Of a DNA stretch of 64,000 nucleotides, positions 18,535 through 28,320 are shown in pieces (position 1 is the stretch's first letter; each line of letters begins with the position of its first letter). Made by a program: the position numbers and the translations under genes. The notes below the pieces were generated by a model. It searched no databases, had not been told where the DNA came from, and saw nothing but the letters and a program-made list of their open reading frames with translations. Location of the stretch: assembly GCA_034521065.1 (NCBI GenBank), contig JAXHMW010000014.1:48913-112912 (forward strand). The letters are read 5' to 3'. The stretch is from Planctomycetota bacterium (lineage in GTDB: Bacteria > Planctomycetota > B143-G9).

Positions 18535-20231
18535 ATGAGACATCTCATCACACTCTTCACGTTCATGTTCGCACTTTCCGTGTTCACAACACCGGCTCTC
18601 GCCGAAGGCACCGATGTAAATGCGAAAACGAAGATAGACGCGGTGACCGTTCTGCCACAACGTGCGGAAATCGTGCGCACCGCGGAGGCCGAACTCCAGG
18701 CCGGTCTCGACAGAAACCGACACCTTTGAACCCAACTCCCACCTCGGTTCAATACGGTGAAGATGCAGGGTCTGGAAGGCCTTCTCTTGTAAACGCTATC
18801 AAACATAACGTCAAGTCCCTGCTCGCCGAACCCATCGAAAGCGCTCAGGATTCTCCAGCAGCGCATTCAGGAAATGCAGGACAACATCACCCGCCTTCAG
18901 AACCGTAAGAACGTTCAGTCTTACAAGCTCAATCTCATTGACAAGCTGCTCGAACACACGAAGCAGGTTGTTTCGGTCGGTCTCGCTACGGGGCAGGGCG
19001 AACTCACCGGCCTTGCCGAAAAGCTGTCAATGTACAGTGAGAAGGCAACGGAGGCTCGTAGCAGTATTGCCAAGCTCGACCGTGACAGCGAAGGCCAGTG
19101 AGCGACTCAAGCTCAAGGAGCTTCAGGACGAGTTGAAGAACAAGTTCGGTTCGTACAACCGTCGCCAGACCGCCGTTGTCGTGGAGGTTGACGCTCCCCG
19201 GGCCGGAAAGGCGGCCTTACAGCTTCGCTACTTCGTCTCGAACTGCTCATGGTCACCTCAGTACGATATAGACTACAAGCCGGGCGAGAAGCACCTGACA
19301 GTCCGGTACGGCGGTCGTCGTGCGACGACAAGAGCTTACCGGTTTCGACTGGGAAGGCGTTGCGATGACCCTCTCCACCTCGGTACCGTCGCTGGACCTC
19401 TCTCCTCCAAAGCCTTCGCCCTGGCACGTTCGCGGCTTCTATCGACGAAGAGCAGCAGAGGCTGCAGGAAGCCCAAGGGATGCGAAGGCCTATGGCAGGA
19501 AGCTGAAGAAGCTCGAAAGAGAACTTCAGGACCGTGTTGCCAAGGTGGACGAAGAGATGGAACTGGAAGAGAAGTCCTCACGTGATGCCGACTTCGCTTC
19601 TGCAACCGCGATACAGGAAGCGTGACTCGCCGCGCCCTTGGTCGGCGACGATATGTCTGTCGCTACAGGCGCGAGCAAGAAGTTCATAGTCGGAATCTTC
19701 AAACTCGATGCGGAAGTCACCAACTACACCGTTCCGAGGGTGACCAGGGAAGTGTTCATCCGTGCGAAGGTGAAGAACACGAGCGAGTACCCGATGCTTC
19801 GTGGGCCCGCACGTTGCTACATTGAAGGCGCACTGAGCTGCCGCACCTTCCTCGAACGCATTTCGGTAGGTGCAGACGCGAAATTCGCGCTGGGAACAGA
19901 GAAGCGCGTCAAGGTCGAACGAAAGACCATCAAAGACCAGCTCGACGACCGTGGCCGCACAATGCGCCGGGAAGTTCACTACCGAATCGTCCTCACCAAC
20001 AACGCCACGAGTAGCATGGAGCTGACCCTGAAGGACCTCGTGCCAGTCAGCCAGGAAGATGACGTCAAGATCAAGAAACTCGATTTCTCCGTGAAGCCCG
20101 ACGAGCACAACGACCAGGGCATCGTGACCTGGAATCTTAAGCTCAAGCCGGGCAGCAAGATCGAAATCGACGTTTCATGCTGCATCGGCATCCGTCGGAA
20201 AAGATTCCTGTATACCGATAAGCTCGGATAA
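18535..20231 (+). CDS. DUF4140/DUF4139 (MuiA-like) family secreted protein, copy 2; at least 6 frameshifts as assembled
   Basis: GGAGG RBS and ATG 18535, signal MRHLITLFTFMFALSVFTTPALA. Family blocks: KIDAVTVLPQRAEIVR, LQLRYFVSNCSWSPQYD, TGFDWEGVAMTLSTS, EYPMLRGPARCYIEGALSCRT, KFALGTEKRVKVER. They are spread over three frames. Confidence 0.6.
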
Positions 20232-20245
20232 CCTACTGAACAAGG

Positions 20246-20271
20246 CGGGGAGGTGCGAGCCTCCCCGTTTT
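20246..20271 (+). terminator. Rho-independent terminator
   Basis: cggggagg / tgcgag / cctccccg followed by tttt. Confidence 0.7.
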
Positions 20272-20287
20272 ACGTGCAGCGGGTATA

Positions 20288-21029
20288 ATGGTATCCATGG
20301 AAGAAAGGTCATCTCAGGACAGTCGAAGCGCATTCAGTCCGTTCCACTCACTGCTTGCCGCTGCTTTCGCCCAGTTCTGCGTGTTCGGCTGCCAGATACT
20401 CTGTGCGCTCGCGATAGCGGGTCTGCTTTTTGCTACGGGGCAGGCCGGGAACCTGGAAGAGGCCGCCGAGGCCCTGAAAAGCGGACTGTACATGTCGGCG
20501 CAACTGGCTGCAGGCTTTGCGGGTGCCGTGTTTGCCGTTGTTCTCGTGCTGAGACTCTCAGGCCATGACCTGTTCGACTACCTTGCTATAAAGCCCGTTA
20601 AGGCATGGGGATACGTTGTTCCGATACTTCTCGCGGTAGCTTTCACAGTATTTTTCGGCTGGCTTTCGACTCTTCTTCCCCATGCAGACCTCGACACGTT
20701 TGTCTTGAACCTGACCGCCGACCGGGCGGTTCTTGCCGTAGTTGTGAGTCGTGGTGATATTCGTGCCAATTGGTGAGGAGCTCGTATTTCGGGGGCTTCT
20801 CTGGAAGGGGCTCGAGGAGCACTCGCACTGGGGAGTGGCAGTTGTCGTTTGTGCCGTACTGTGGACCCTGATTCACATGCAGTACGGGTTTTTCGGCCTT
20901 GCGAACGTGTTTACCCTGGGCCTTGCGCTCGGACTTATCCGGAAGGTGTACGGGTCGCTGCTTCCGTGCGTTATCCTGCACGGTGCGTACAATGCCTGCT
21001 CGCTGTATTTAGCGTTTACGGTGAGTTAG
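20288..21029 (+). CDS. CPBP (CAAX/Abi) family intramembrane metalloprotease; one frameshift as assembled
   Basis: The multi-TM N-terminal fragment 20288-20776 joins 20751-21029, which carries the EELVFRG motif and the distal HGAYN motif. The break is about 20740-20755. ATG 20297 is an alternative start. Confidence 0.7.
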
Positions 21030-21429
21030 CCCTGTTCGTCGGCCTCTTCCGGGAAGAACGCCCGGGCGCCGACGAACAGCCGTAGAGCACGTCCAGCCCT
21101 GACTCGCGGGCCTTTTCCTTCACCTCGTCATCTGCGCTTCCGGGGTTGAAGTATATCTCCTTCGCTCCCACCTCGGCAATCTGCGAAACAAGCTTGAGCG
21201 TAACTTTTGGCGGAGTGTAAACCGAGATGATATCCGGCTTGTCGGGCAGGGACTCAAGGTCGGGATAAGTCTTGATTCCCTCTATCTCGTCGTAGTTGGG
21301 ATTGACCGGAAGGACGTCGTATCCAGCCATGTCGAATCCCCTCAAGGCGCGGTTGCCGTACTTGGCTCGGTCGGTGGACGCTCCGATAATTGCAATCTTC
21401 TCTCCGTTGCCTTCTTTCTTCATCGCCAC
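21016..21429 (-). CDS. CoA-binding domain protein (YccU/YneT-like)
   Basis: IAIIGASTDRAKYGNRALRGFDMAGYDVLPVNPNYDEIEGIKTY...ISVYTPPKV. The last 20 or so residues look non-native, so a 3' frame problem is possible. Confidence 0.65.
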   Translation of the reverse strand: MAMKKEGNGEKIAIIGASTDRAKYGNRALRGFDMAGYDVLPVNPNYDEIEGIKTYPDLESLPDKPDIISVYTPPKVTLKLVSQIAEVGAKEIYFNPGSADDEVKEKARESGLDVLYGCSSAPGRSSRKRPTNRANSP

Positions 21430-21436
21430 CTCTTTA

Positions 21437-22693
21437 TTAGGGTCTGTCCTTGCTCTTGTCGTTCTTATCTGATTCTACCATGCCTTTGCGTTCCTGGGGT
21501 ATCATGAACGGATGCTCTGCAACTGGCCTGCGAACATGTTCCAGAACGCCCGCCTTCGCTATAACCCCGTTGCCGTACTTGCGCTCGATGTGGTCGAACG
21601 CGCGGTCGAGGCGCCTCTTGCGCTGCGCCTCGGTAAGAAGGTACGGGTCAACGGAACGGGTTATCTTCGTGACTCCCACTCCGATCTTGCGCATGGGCAG
21701 GATAAGAGGCTCGGCCTTTAGAAGCTCAGTGCCGCAGTAGAAAATGTCTTCGTCTATGTCGGTCGGAAATGGAATGCGCATGTTGCGCGTGAAGCTGGTC
21801 ATATCGTCCCATCTGCCCTTGAGGACCACCGTTTCGCCCGCGAGCCCCGCCTGCCTCAGCCGAAAGCCGACGAGGTGTGAAATGTAAAGCAAATGAGAGC
21901 ACAGCAGCGGTAAGCTGGTCGTGTTCTGTTCGAGAGTCATGCCGTTTGTCACGTTCTTCGGCATAATACCCAGTGATACCTCGCGCAAATCCAGTGCATT
22001 CGCAAGCAGGTACATCTGCCGCCCTATGATGCCGAAGCGGTCGAACAGCCACTTGAGCGACGTCTTGGCGAGGTCTCCGATAGTTCTTATTCCGTGCTTG
22101 AGCAGTATGCGCTCTGTGGCCTCGCCTATGCCCCACATGTCGCCGATTTCGAACGGCGCGAGGAATTCCTTCTCGTGCCCCGGCGGAACTACGGACAGGC
22201 CATCCGGCTTGTCCGTTGACGAGCCCATCTTCGCCACGAACATGGATGTCGAACAGCCGATTGAAATCGTCAGCCCGATTTCGTCCAGAACACGGTCCTT
22301 GATCTCCTGCGCGATTTCCTCGGGAGTGCCGAAAAGCCTCTGGCTACCGGTTACGTCAATGAATGCCTCGTCAATTGAAATCGGTTCCACGAGTGGAGAG
22401 TACTCGCGGAAGATGTTCATCATCTGTTCGGATGTTTCGAGGTAGCGGCGAAAGCGGGGCTTGCGATAGATGCCGTCGGGGCAGAGGTTCTGAGCCATGC
22501 GAACAGGCATCGCGCTGCGAACGCCGAAGACGCGGGCCTCGTAAGATGAGGCGCATACTACGGTTCTCGTACCTGGTTCTCCGCCCACGATGACGGGTTT
22601 GCCCTTGAGTTCGGGAAAGTCCAACTGCTCTACGGACGCGAAGAACGCATCCATATCACAGTGAAGGAACGCCTTTTCCCAGAACTTCGTCAT
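21437..22693 (-). CDS. dinB: DNA polymerase IV (Y-family)
   Basis: HCDMDAFFASVEQL, KGKPVIVGG, SYEARVFGVRSAMP, ISIDEAFIDVTG, GLTISIGCS and the DIWGIG-like MWGIGEAT. Confidence 0.9.
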   Translation of the reverse strand: MTKFWEKAFLHCDMDAFFASVEQLDFPELKGKPVIVGGEPGTRTVVCASSYEARVFGVRSAMPVRMAQNLCPDGIYRKPRFRRYLETSEQMMNIFREYSPLVEPISIDEAFIDVTGSQRLFGTPEEIAQEIKDRVLDEIGLTISIGCSTSMFVAKMGSSTDKPDGLSVVPPGHEKEFLAPFEIGDMWGIGEATERILLKHGIRTIGDLAKTSLKWLFDRFGIIGRQMYLLANALDLREVSLGIMPKNVTNGMTLEQNTTSLPLLCSHLLYISHLVGFRLRQAGLAGETVVLKGRWDDMTSFTRNMRIPFPTDIDEDIFYCGTELLKAEPLILPMRKIGVGVTKITRSVDPYLLTEAQRKRRLDRAFDHIERKYGNGVIAKAGVLEHVRRPVAEHPFMIPQERKGMVESDKNDKSKDRP

Positions 22694-22696
22694 TCG

Positions 22697-24078
22697 TCAG
22701 ACCTTCGTGTGGTGCCACGCCCTGCGCAGGAAAAACGCCGCGCAGACTGTGCCGAATACGAGCCAGTAAACGGTCTCCGCCGCGTAAGCCCCCGTTACAC
22801 CTTCACCCCATGTTATTCCAAATAACCACGCACAGCCGAGATAAATCGCGCAGCATACTGCTTCAAATCCCAAAACGAGCCATATGTTACCCGCTCCTTC
22901 AAGCGTGGCAGCAAATATCATGCCCGCAGGCATGAGCACGAGGAACAGTCCCCCGATTCGAAAACACCCCACTGCGAGGTGAGCGACGTGCGGGTCCTCT
23001 GTGAAGACAGATGCGATTTCAGGTGCGAACACCGCCACAATGACATAGACCGCCACCGAAACAAGAGTGGCAAGCTGGTAGGCATGCCACGTATTGGCCT
23101 CCGCCTGCAGCGGACGCTTCTGGCCGAGATTGCGGCTCACAAGGGAGCTTCCCGCAAAACCTATTCCCAGCACCGGCATGAACTGGAAGTTGAACACCGC
23201 CCGGCCGATGTTCGCCACGGCGAGGTCAACCGTGCCCATCTGCTCCACTATCCTGAAGAACACGAGATACGCTCCGAGCCCGATGAAATGCCTCACGCCT
23301 CCGGGAGTGGAAAGGTAGAACATCTTACGCAAAACCGCCCATTCGAGGCGGAAGGAGAACAATGAGAACCGCTTTTTGTAGCTTCCGAAGAACACGACCG
23401 CAACAAGATATCCGAGAGCCACCGCAAGGGCTATGTTCTGCGCCCACGGAGCTCCCTGGATGCCCATCTCGGGCATTCCGAATTTCCCGAAGATCAGTGC
23501 GTAGTCGAAGAAGGATCGCAGGCCGCTCGAATCGCCGAGGCTACGAGGAAGTGAATGGTTTCGCCGATGCCTACAATGAAACCGCGAAGGGGGGCCATCA
23601 GTAAAAATATGACGAGACCGTAAAGTTTCACTTGCAGAAAAGGCTCGCCCAGTGCCCGAAGTTGCGGTGACTCGAAGCAAAGTGCGGTTAACTGGGGAAG
23701 GAAGAACAACAGGAATGCTGTTGACACAACTCCTACAGCGAGTGCAGCGACCATTCCGTTGTCGGTGATAACTCCGATGCGTTCAGTTCGTCCCTCGCCG
23801 AACCGTCTCGCCACAAGCACCTGCGTGCCGATACTGATTCCACCGAGCGTGAGCGCGATTACCAAAAAGGCGATGTCCGCGATGCCCGCCACGCCTGCGC
23901 AAGTCGGCGCAGACGGCCCGAAGGAGGCTGTATCCGCGTTAAGCAGGATGGTGTACGAGCCCATGCCGGCAACCACCGGCAAGGGGATCACGGCGGGCCT
24001 CTGGCGAAGCTTTAAGGTCGGGTATGAGCAGTTTCCGCAGTGAAATGGCCAGATGTTCTCCGTTCGTTTTTGGAGCAC
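22697..24078 (-). CDS. MATE-family efflux transporter; at least one frameshift as assembled
   Basis: Fragments 23494-24078 and 22697-23680 both have polytopic MATE-like sequence (GTQVLVARRFGEGR; FGMPEMGIQGAPWAQNIA; LGQKRPLQAE). The join is near 23520-23540. Confidence 0.7.
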
Positions 24079-24173
24079 ACATTGTCTCGTTTTGTGGCCC
24101 TGAGTACGCGTTTCAGGTGCATCACCGGGCTCTGTAGCTGTGCGGTTTGTACAAATCGGCTAAAATCACGAGT

Positions 24174-25298
24174 ATGAAACACGTGTTTCGGTGCATGATA
24201 ACTGTAGTTTTGCTTTTGATGCTTGCGGCGCTCAGCGTTCGGGCGGAGACGCTCCGTCTCGCTGACGGAACGGTGGAGCAGGGCGAGCTAAGCTGGGTGG
24301 ACGGCAAGCTCGTGCTCGATGTCGGGGCGAAGGAACTCGTTTTCGACAAGCACAAGGTGCTCGAAATCGGAGACAGGAGCGCGACGTATTCCGAGTACCG
24401 TTTCCGGCGCGATGCAACGGACCTGGGCGACACAGAGGCACTTATGGAGCTTGCGGACTGGTGCGTGAGTCATTTCCTCATGCCGGAAGCCATGGCCCTG
24501 TACAAGGACGTCATTGAGCTTCAGCCCGACCACTACGAAGCCCGTAAAGCTCTGTCCTACCGTGAAGAGAGAGGTAAATGGCGCCGAGAGAGAGCGCAGG
24601 AGTACAGGTATCGCGAAGCGCGTCTTCGCTGCGGTGACAAGGACGGTTACGTGAAACTCGCCCGGTGGGCTCGAAACTACGGTATCACCGATGGGCTGCG
24701 CGAGTGTTCGTTCTACATCCTGCGAATGGACCAGTTCCACACCGAAGCCGTGAAGTGGGCGAGGCCGTTTTTGAAGGACGATCCCCTTGAACTTTTCGCT
24801 CCACTTGCAGGCGAGGTCAAGGTGCTTTCGAACGGCAACAGCGGCGCTCAGGCCAACGCGTACAACCTGTTCGAACTCGTGCTGGGTGCAGTGGGCGGTG
24901 GGAGTTGCTGGCGAGGTTACATTGTACTCGCCCCATGCGATGGCAAGGTGAACTACGTACTCAACACCTTCGAGGACCGCGAGGGGGAAGGCTACGACCT
25001 GTCTCGCAACAATTATTTGCTGCTAACGGCAGGCAACAGAAGCGTCAAGATAGGCGGATTCGCGAAGGACGGAGTTCTGGTGAAGCGCGAGAGAGGTCGA
25101 GAAGGGGCAGCCTCTCGGCACGCTGGGGTTCGCCGTCAGGCGCCCAGATACTCTCGCTACAGGGCAGGCAACGTCGACACCTTTTCGGTGCCGGTGGAGT
25201 TTTCAGGCGTAAGCGTCGAAGGGGAAGGGGACTGGCGGGAAACTGACAACTACACGCCTGACAAGGGAGATATCCTGAGGTTCAGGGCAGGAGAATAG
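24174..25298 (+). CDS. Secreted TPR-like protein with C-terminal degenerate M23/LytM-like domain; short out-of-frame patch as assembled
   Basis: ATG 24174 lies 7 nt after TAAAAT, with signal MKHVFRCMITVVLLLMLAALSVRA. TPR-like segment AMALYKDVIELQPDHYEARKAL. M23-like segment IVLAPCDGKV...NYLLLTAGNRSVKIGGF...VLVKR. The alternative frame at about 25088-25140 reads VEKGQPLGTLGF. Confidence 0.45.
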   Translation: MKHVFRCMITVVLLLMLAALSVRAETLRLADGTVEQGELSWVDGKLVLDVGAKELVFDKHKVLEIGDRSATYSEYRFRRDATDLGDTEALMELADWCVSHFLMPEAMALYKDVIELQPDHYEARKALSYREERGKWRRERAQEYRYREARLRCGDKDGYVKLARWARNYGITDGLRECSFYILRMDQFHTEAVKWARPFLKDDPLELFAPLAGEVKVLSNGNSGAQANAYNLFELVLGAVGGGSCWRGYIVLAPCDGKVNYVLNTFEDREGEGYDLSRNNYLLLTAGNRSVKIGGFAKDGVLVKRERGREGAASRHAGVRRQAPRYSRYRAGNVDTFSVPVEFSGVSVEGEGDWRETDNYTPDKGDILRFRAGE

Positions 25299-25300
25299 CG

Positions 25301-25777
25301 TCAGCTCTTCTTTTGTGAACACTCCTTGCACTTGCCGAGAATGACCACGGAATGGTCGCGTTCGTGAAACTCGTTTTCGATACAGATCTCTTCGAGCAGT
25401 CTTCGAAGCTCAGGATGGCTGAACTCGATCACATGTCCACAGCACTCGCACACAATATGTTCATGGTGCTTCTTCTTCAGTGCCGATTCGTAATTGAAGT
25501 GCATCTGGCAATCGCGGAAGGAACGCAAGATTCCCTTTTCTTCCATGAGGGAAAGCGTGCGATAGACTGTGCCGCGGCTGACCTTGTCGCTGCCGGTTGC
25601 GAGTTCAGACGCGAGTTGCTCCGCCGTGAAATGACCTGACCTGTTCGCCACTGCGTAAAAGACGGTTCTCCTGCTCTTCGTGATTCGGTGTCCGTCCTTT
25701 TTCAGATTATCGGCAAAGCTGTGCCACGCATCTTCGAACCTTTTCTTGTGCTCTCTGTCGGTTCCTCCGGTTTTCAT
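25301..25777 (-). CDS. Fur-family metalloregulator
   Basis: Winged helix RGTVYRTLSLMEEKGIL, then HHEHIVCECCGHVIEF and GKCKEC, which give two CxxC pairs. Confidence 0.85.
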   Translation of the reverse strand: MKTGGTDREHKKRFEDAWHSFADNLKKDGHRITKSRRTVFYAVANRSGHFTAEQLASELATGSDKVSRGTVYRTLSLMEEKGILRSFRDCQMHFNYESALKKKHHEHIVCECCGHVIEFSHPELRRLLEEICIENEFHERDHSVVILGKCKECSQKKS

Positions 25778-25880
25778 GGTGCAGTAGTACCTCCTTGTAT
25801 TACAGTGCGTCAGGTGCCCGCACCGACTGCTTCCGAGAGCCGAGCTCCATTCTCATGAAAGCATTAGCAAGTGGAGCGCT

Positions 25881-25894
25881 TATGATTATTCATA
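25881..25894. promoter_or_regulatory. Candidate Fur-box-like AT-rich near-palindrome upstream of the Fur-family gene
   Basis: ATGATTATTCATAT has ATGA and TCAT arms. It lies about 105 nt upstream of start 25777 in otherwise GC-rich DNA. Confidence 0.2.
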
Positions 25895-25965
25895 TAACCT
25901 GATGATGTTCAAGGACTTTTTTTGCTGACCTTGCCGTTCTGGCAAACCGCTGTCAACTTATCGCA

Positions 25966-27032
25966 TCACAATGGAGTCCGTACGAAAGAGAAAATGCTTG
26001 CCGCGAACGCTGCTGCAAGGGGCAGGGCTGCCGCAACGATGGGTGACACAGTCTGATAGGATACGCCTGCCATGAAGTCAAGGCCGTAGAAGACAAGCGA
26101 TACAAGGAGTGCAGCGGATACCGCCAGGTAGATTCCCCTTGACGCGACTGAGAGAATTAGGGGACCCAAAAACAGCAATCCGAACAGGAGTGCGAAAGAG
26201 GTGAACACCCTGCTGCAGAGCTCGAAAAGAAGCCGGTCAGATGTTCTCAGCCTCCATAACTCACCGAGCCTGAATGAAGATGCTGAAAGGTTTAACAAGT
26301 AGTGTTCCTTCGGCAGAGGGGAATAAACCTCGTGTGTGTCCTCCCTGGTAATCTTCGGCGACGAGTACCGCACCTCAGTACCGTCTTCGAGCTCCCAGGT
26401 CTTTGTCTGTTCATGCCACAGGGCGGACCTGGCGTGGACCTCCCGGGCCACTTGTGATGAAAAGTGGTAACAGTGGAATCCCGTCGCGAAAAGGCCGCCT
26501 CGGACGGCGCTCCCGCCGAGCCTTTCGAGGTGAAAGACCAACTCCCGGCCCTTGGTTTTGTCCTCCACGATAACCTCCTCGAGGGCGTCCGAACGGTCGA
26601 AGAGCTTTCGCTCCAGCCGTGCTTTCGAGTGGGCCACGTACGGTATGGCAAAACTGACTACAAGGAAGTACGCGGCCACGCCCGCAGCACAGGCGAGAAG
26701 TGCGGGAGCGAGCAGCCGCCAGGCTCCTACTCCGACCGAGTAGGCGAGTTGGTGATGGCGATTTCGAACCTGAAGCGAGATGTGGACCGAGAATGCTAAG
26801 AAGAGCACGAGGGGGAACGTCAGCGCGAACACTTCCGGCACGGCGAACGGCGGAAGCTTGCGCGGAGCGCGTCAACTGCCTGCGAGCCAGATGCGATGGC
26901 AGAGGCTATGCGCCCGAGATGCGAGAACGCATCTATGACGAGAAACAGGCCCACGGCCGACAAGACACATAGCACCAGTGTCTGCAGGGCGGTGGATAAG
27001 GAGTGCCTGTCGAGCATGTTGCCTGCGGCCAT
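25966..27032 (-). CDS. LptF/LptG (YjgP/YjgQ) family LPS-export permease; one frameshift as assembled
   Basis: The N-terminus MLDRHSLSTALQTLVLCVLSAVGLFLVIDAF (26820-27032) joins 25966-26841 (TFPLVLFLAF..., periplasmic beta-jellyroll segment, C-terminal TM bundle). The break is about 26825-26850. Confidence 0.7.
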
Positions 27033-27039
27033 AAGTACC

Positions 27040-28320
27040 TCAGTAGGGTAACTGCCCCAGCAGTTCGAGCTGCCGTTCTTCGAACTTCTTCACCCTCTCG
27101 TCGTTCTCCTTGTCGAACTTCTGCCAGTTGCGGGGTGAATAGTGCTCAATTGCCCATTCCTTCCACTTGTCATCGGCCTCCTGCATCGTCAAACCGAATG
27201 AGTCGCGCCACGCCTGCGCCTCGTTCTTGGATTTCTTGAGAACCTTCAAAAACGTCCGGATTTTTTCACCTCCGCCCTGGTGGAACATCCAGTCCACGAG
27301 AGCCCAGCCCTTCAGGCGCATGTCGAAGTCTAAATCCTGTATCTTGACAGGCGAAAGCTGTAGCAGCGGAGTGTCTTTGCCTTTCTTGAGAAGCTTGTAA
27401 ACGAGGCGTTCCCAGTGCTTATCGCGTGCCGAATGCAGTTCTCCGCCCTCATCGGTGCAATAGGATGCTACGCGAGCGAAGGTTCGGTATTCTATCCAGT
27501 GAGACACACCTTCGTAGAACCACATGGGAAAGCAACCATCAACCCAGCCGTCCCATTCTTCGCAGTAAATATGCACCATGTTGTGTACAACGTCATGATG
27601 CAACCGGTCGTCGGAATAGCCTGCAGGCCGGCCCCCCTGTGGCTCGAACGGAGTAATCGTCAGAAGGCGCGCGTTGCCGGTTGCAAGAGGGTACTGGGTA
27701 TTGCCGACCATCTTGTTGGAAGCCTTTAGCTGCTGGTCAACCTTACCCCACATCAGGAGCTGATACTTACCGTAAACGGAGGGCTTGTAGTCGGGGATTG
27801 CAAGTAATTCCCGGAAGTACGAGTAGCAATCTTCAACTCGCATGCAGTACAGGCGTGTGCGCTGGTGACCGGTGATGCTCTTTCGGAATATCCTGCAGCC
27901 TTCGAGAGTGCTCACCACACGATGGTTCTCGGTCTCGATATGGTTGACCTCATGCTTCTCGTAGCCGGGGCCGAAGATCAGAAAGTCGTACGCTCTCTGG
28001 CGTTCTTCGAGGAAGGTTTCGAGCTTCTTTCGTACGGCTTCGAACTCGGATTTGGCCGCCTCGGTGGCTTCGGGATGAATGTCCTCACCTCGTTCGCAGG
28101 GCTTCCAGCCGAGACCGAGGTCGCCGGAAGGGTAGTTCAGACGCTCGCTGTCCAAAAGCATGTCGGGTGTTTCGTCAAAGGGCTTGACAGGTATCTTGCC
28201 GGTGTTATCGCAGTGCCTGCACTTCCTGTCCTCTTCCGCGAAGCCCGGGGAAGTGAGCAAAGCGGCGCATAGCACAAGCAGAGAAATAACAGAGAGTAAA
28301 GGCGTACGGGACATGGTCAT
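27040..28320 (-). CDS. Secreted hypothetical protein, possibly peptidase-MA/DUF1570-like
   Basis: Signal MTMSRTPLLSVISLLVLCAALLTSPGFA. It has CRHCDNTGKIP (CxxCxxxG), then LHHDVVHNMVHIY and PMWFYEGVSHWIEY, an HxxxH...EG-type arrangement. The reading frame is intact. Confidence 0.4.
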   Translation of the reverse strand: MTMSRTPLLSVISLLVLCAALLTSPGFAEEDRKCRHCDNTGKIPVKPFDETPDMLLDSERLNYPSGDLGLGWKPCERGEDIHPEATEAAKSEFEAVRKKLETFLEERQRAYDFLIFGPGYEKHEVNHIETENHRVVSTLEGCRIFRKSITGHQRTRLYCMRVEDCYSYFRELLAIPDYKPSVYGKYQLLMWGKVDQQLKASNKMVGNTQYPLATGNARLLTITPFEPQGGRPAGYSDDRLHHDVVHNMVHIYCEEWDGWVDGCFPMWFYEGVSHWIEYRTFARVASYCTDEGGELHSARDKHWERLVYKLLKKGKDTPLLQLSPVKIQDLDFDMRLKGWALVDWMFHQGGGEKIRTFLKVLKKSKNEAQAWRDSFGLTMQEADDKWKEWAIEHYSPRNWQKFDKENDERVKKFEERQLELLGQLPY

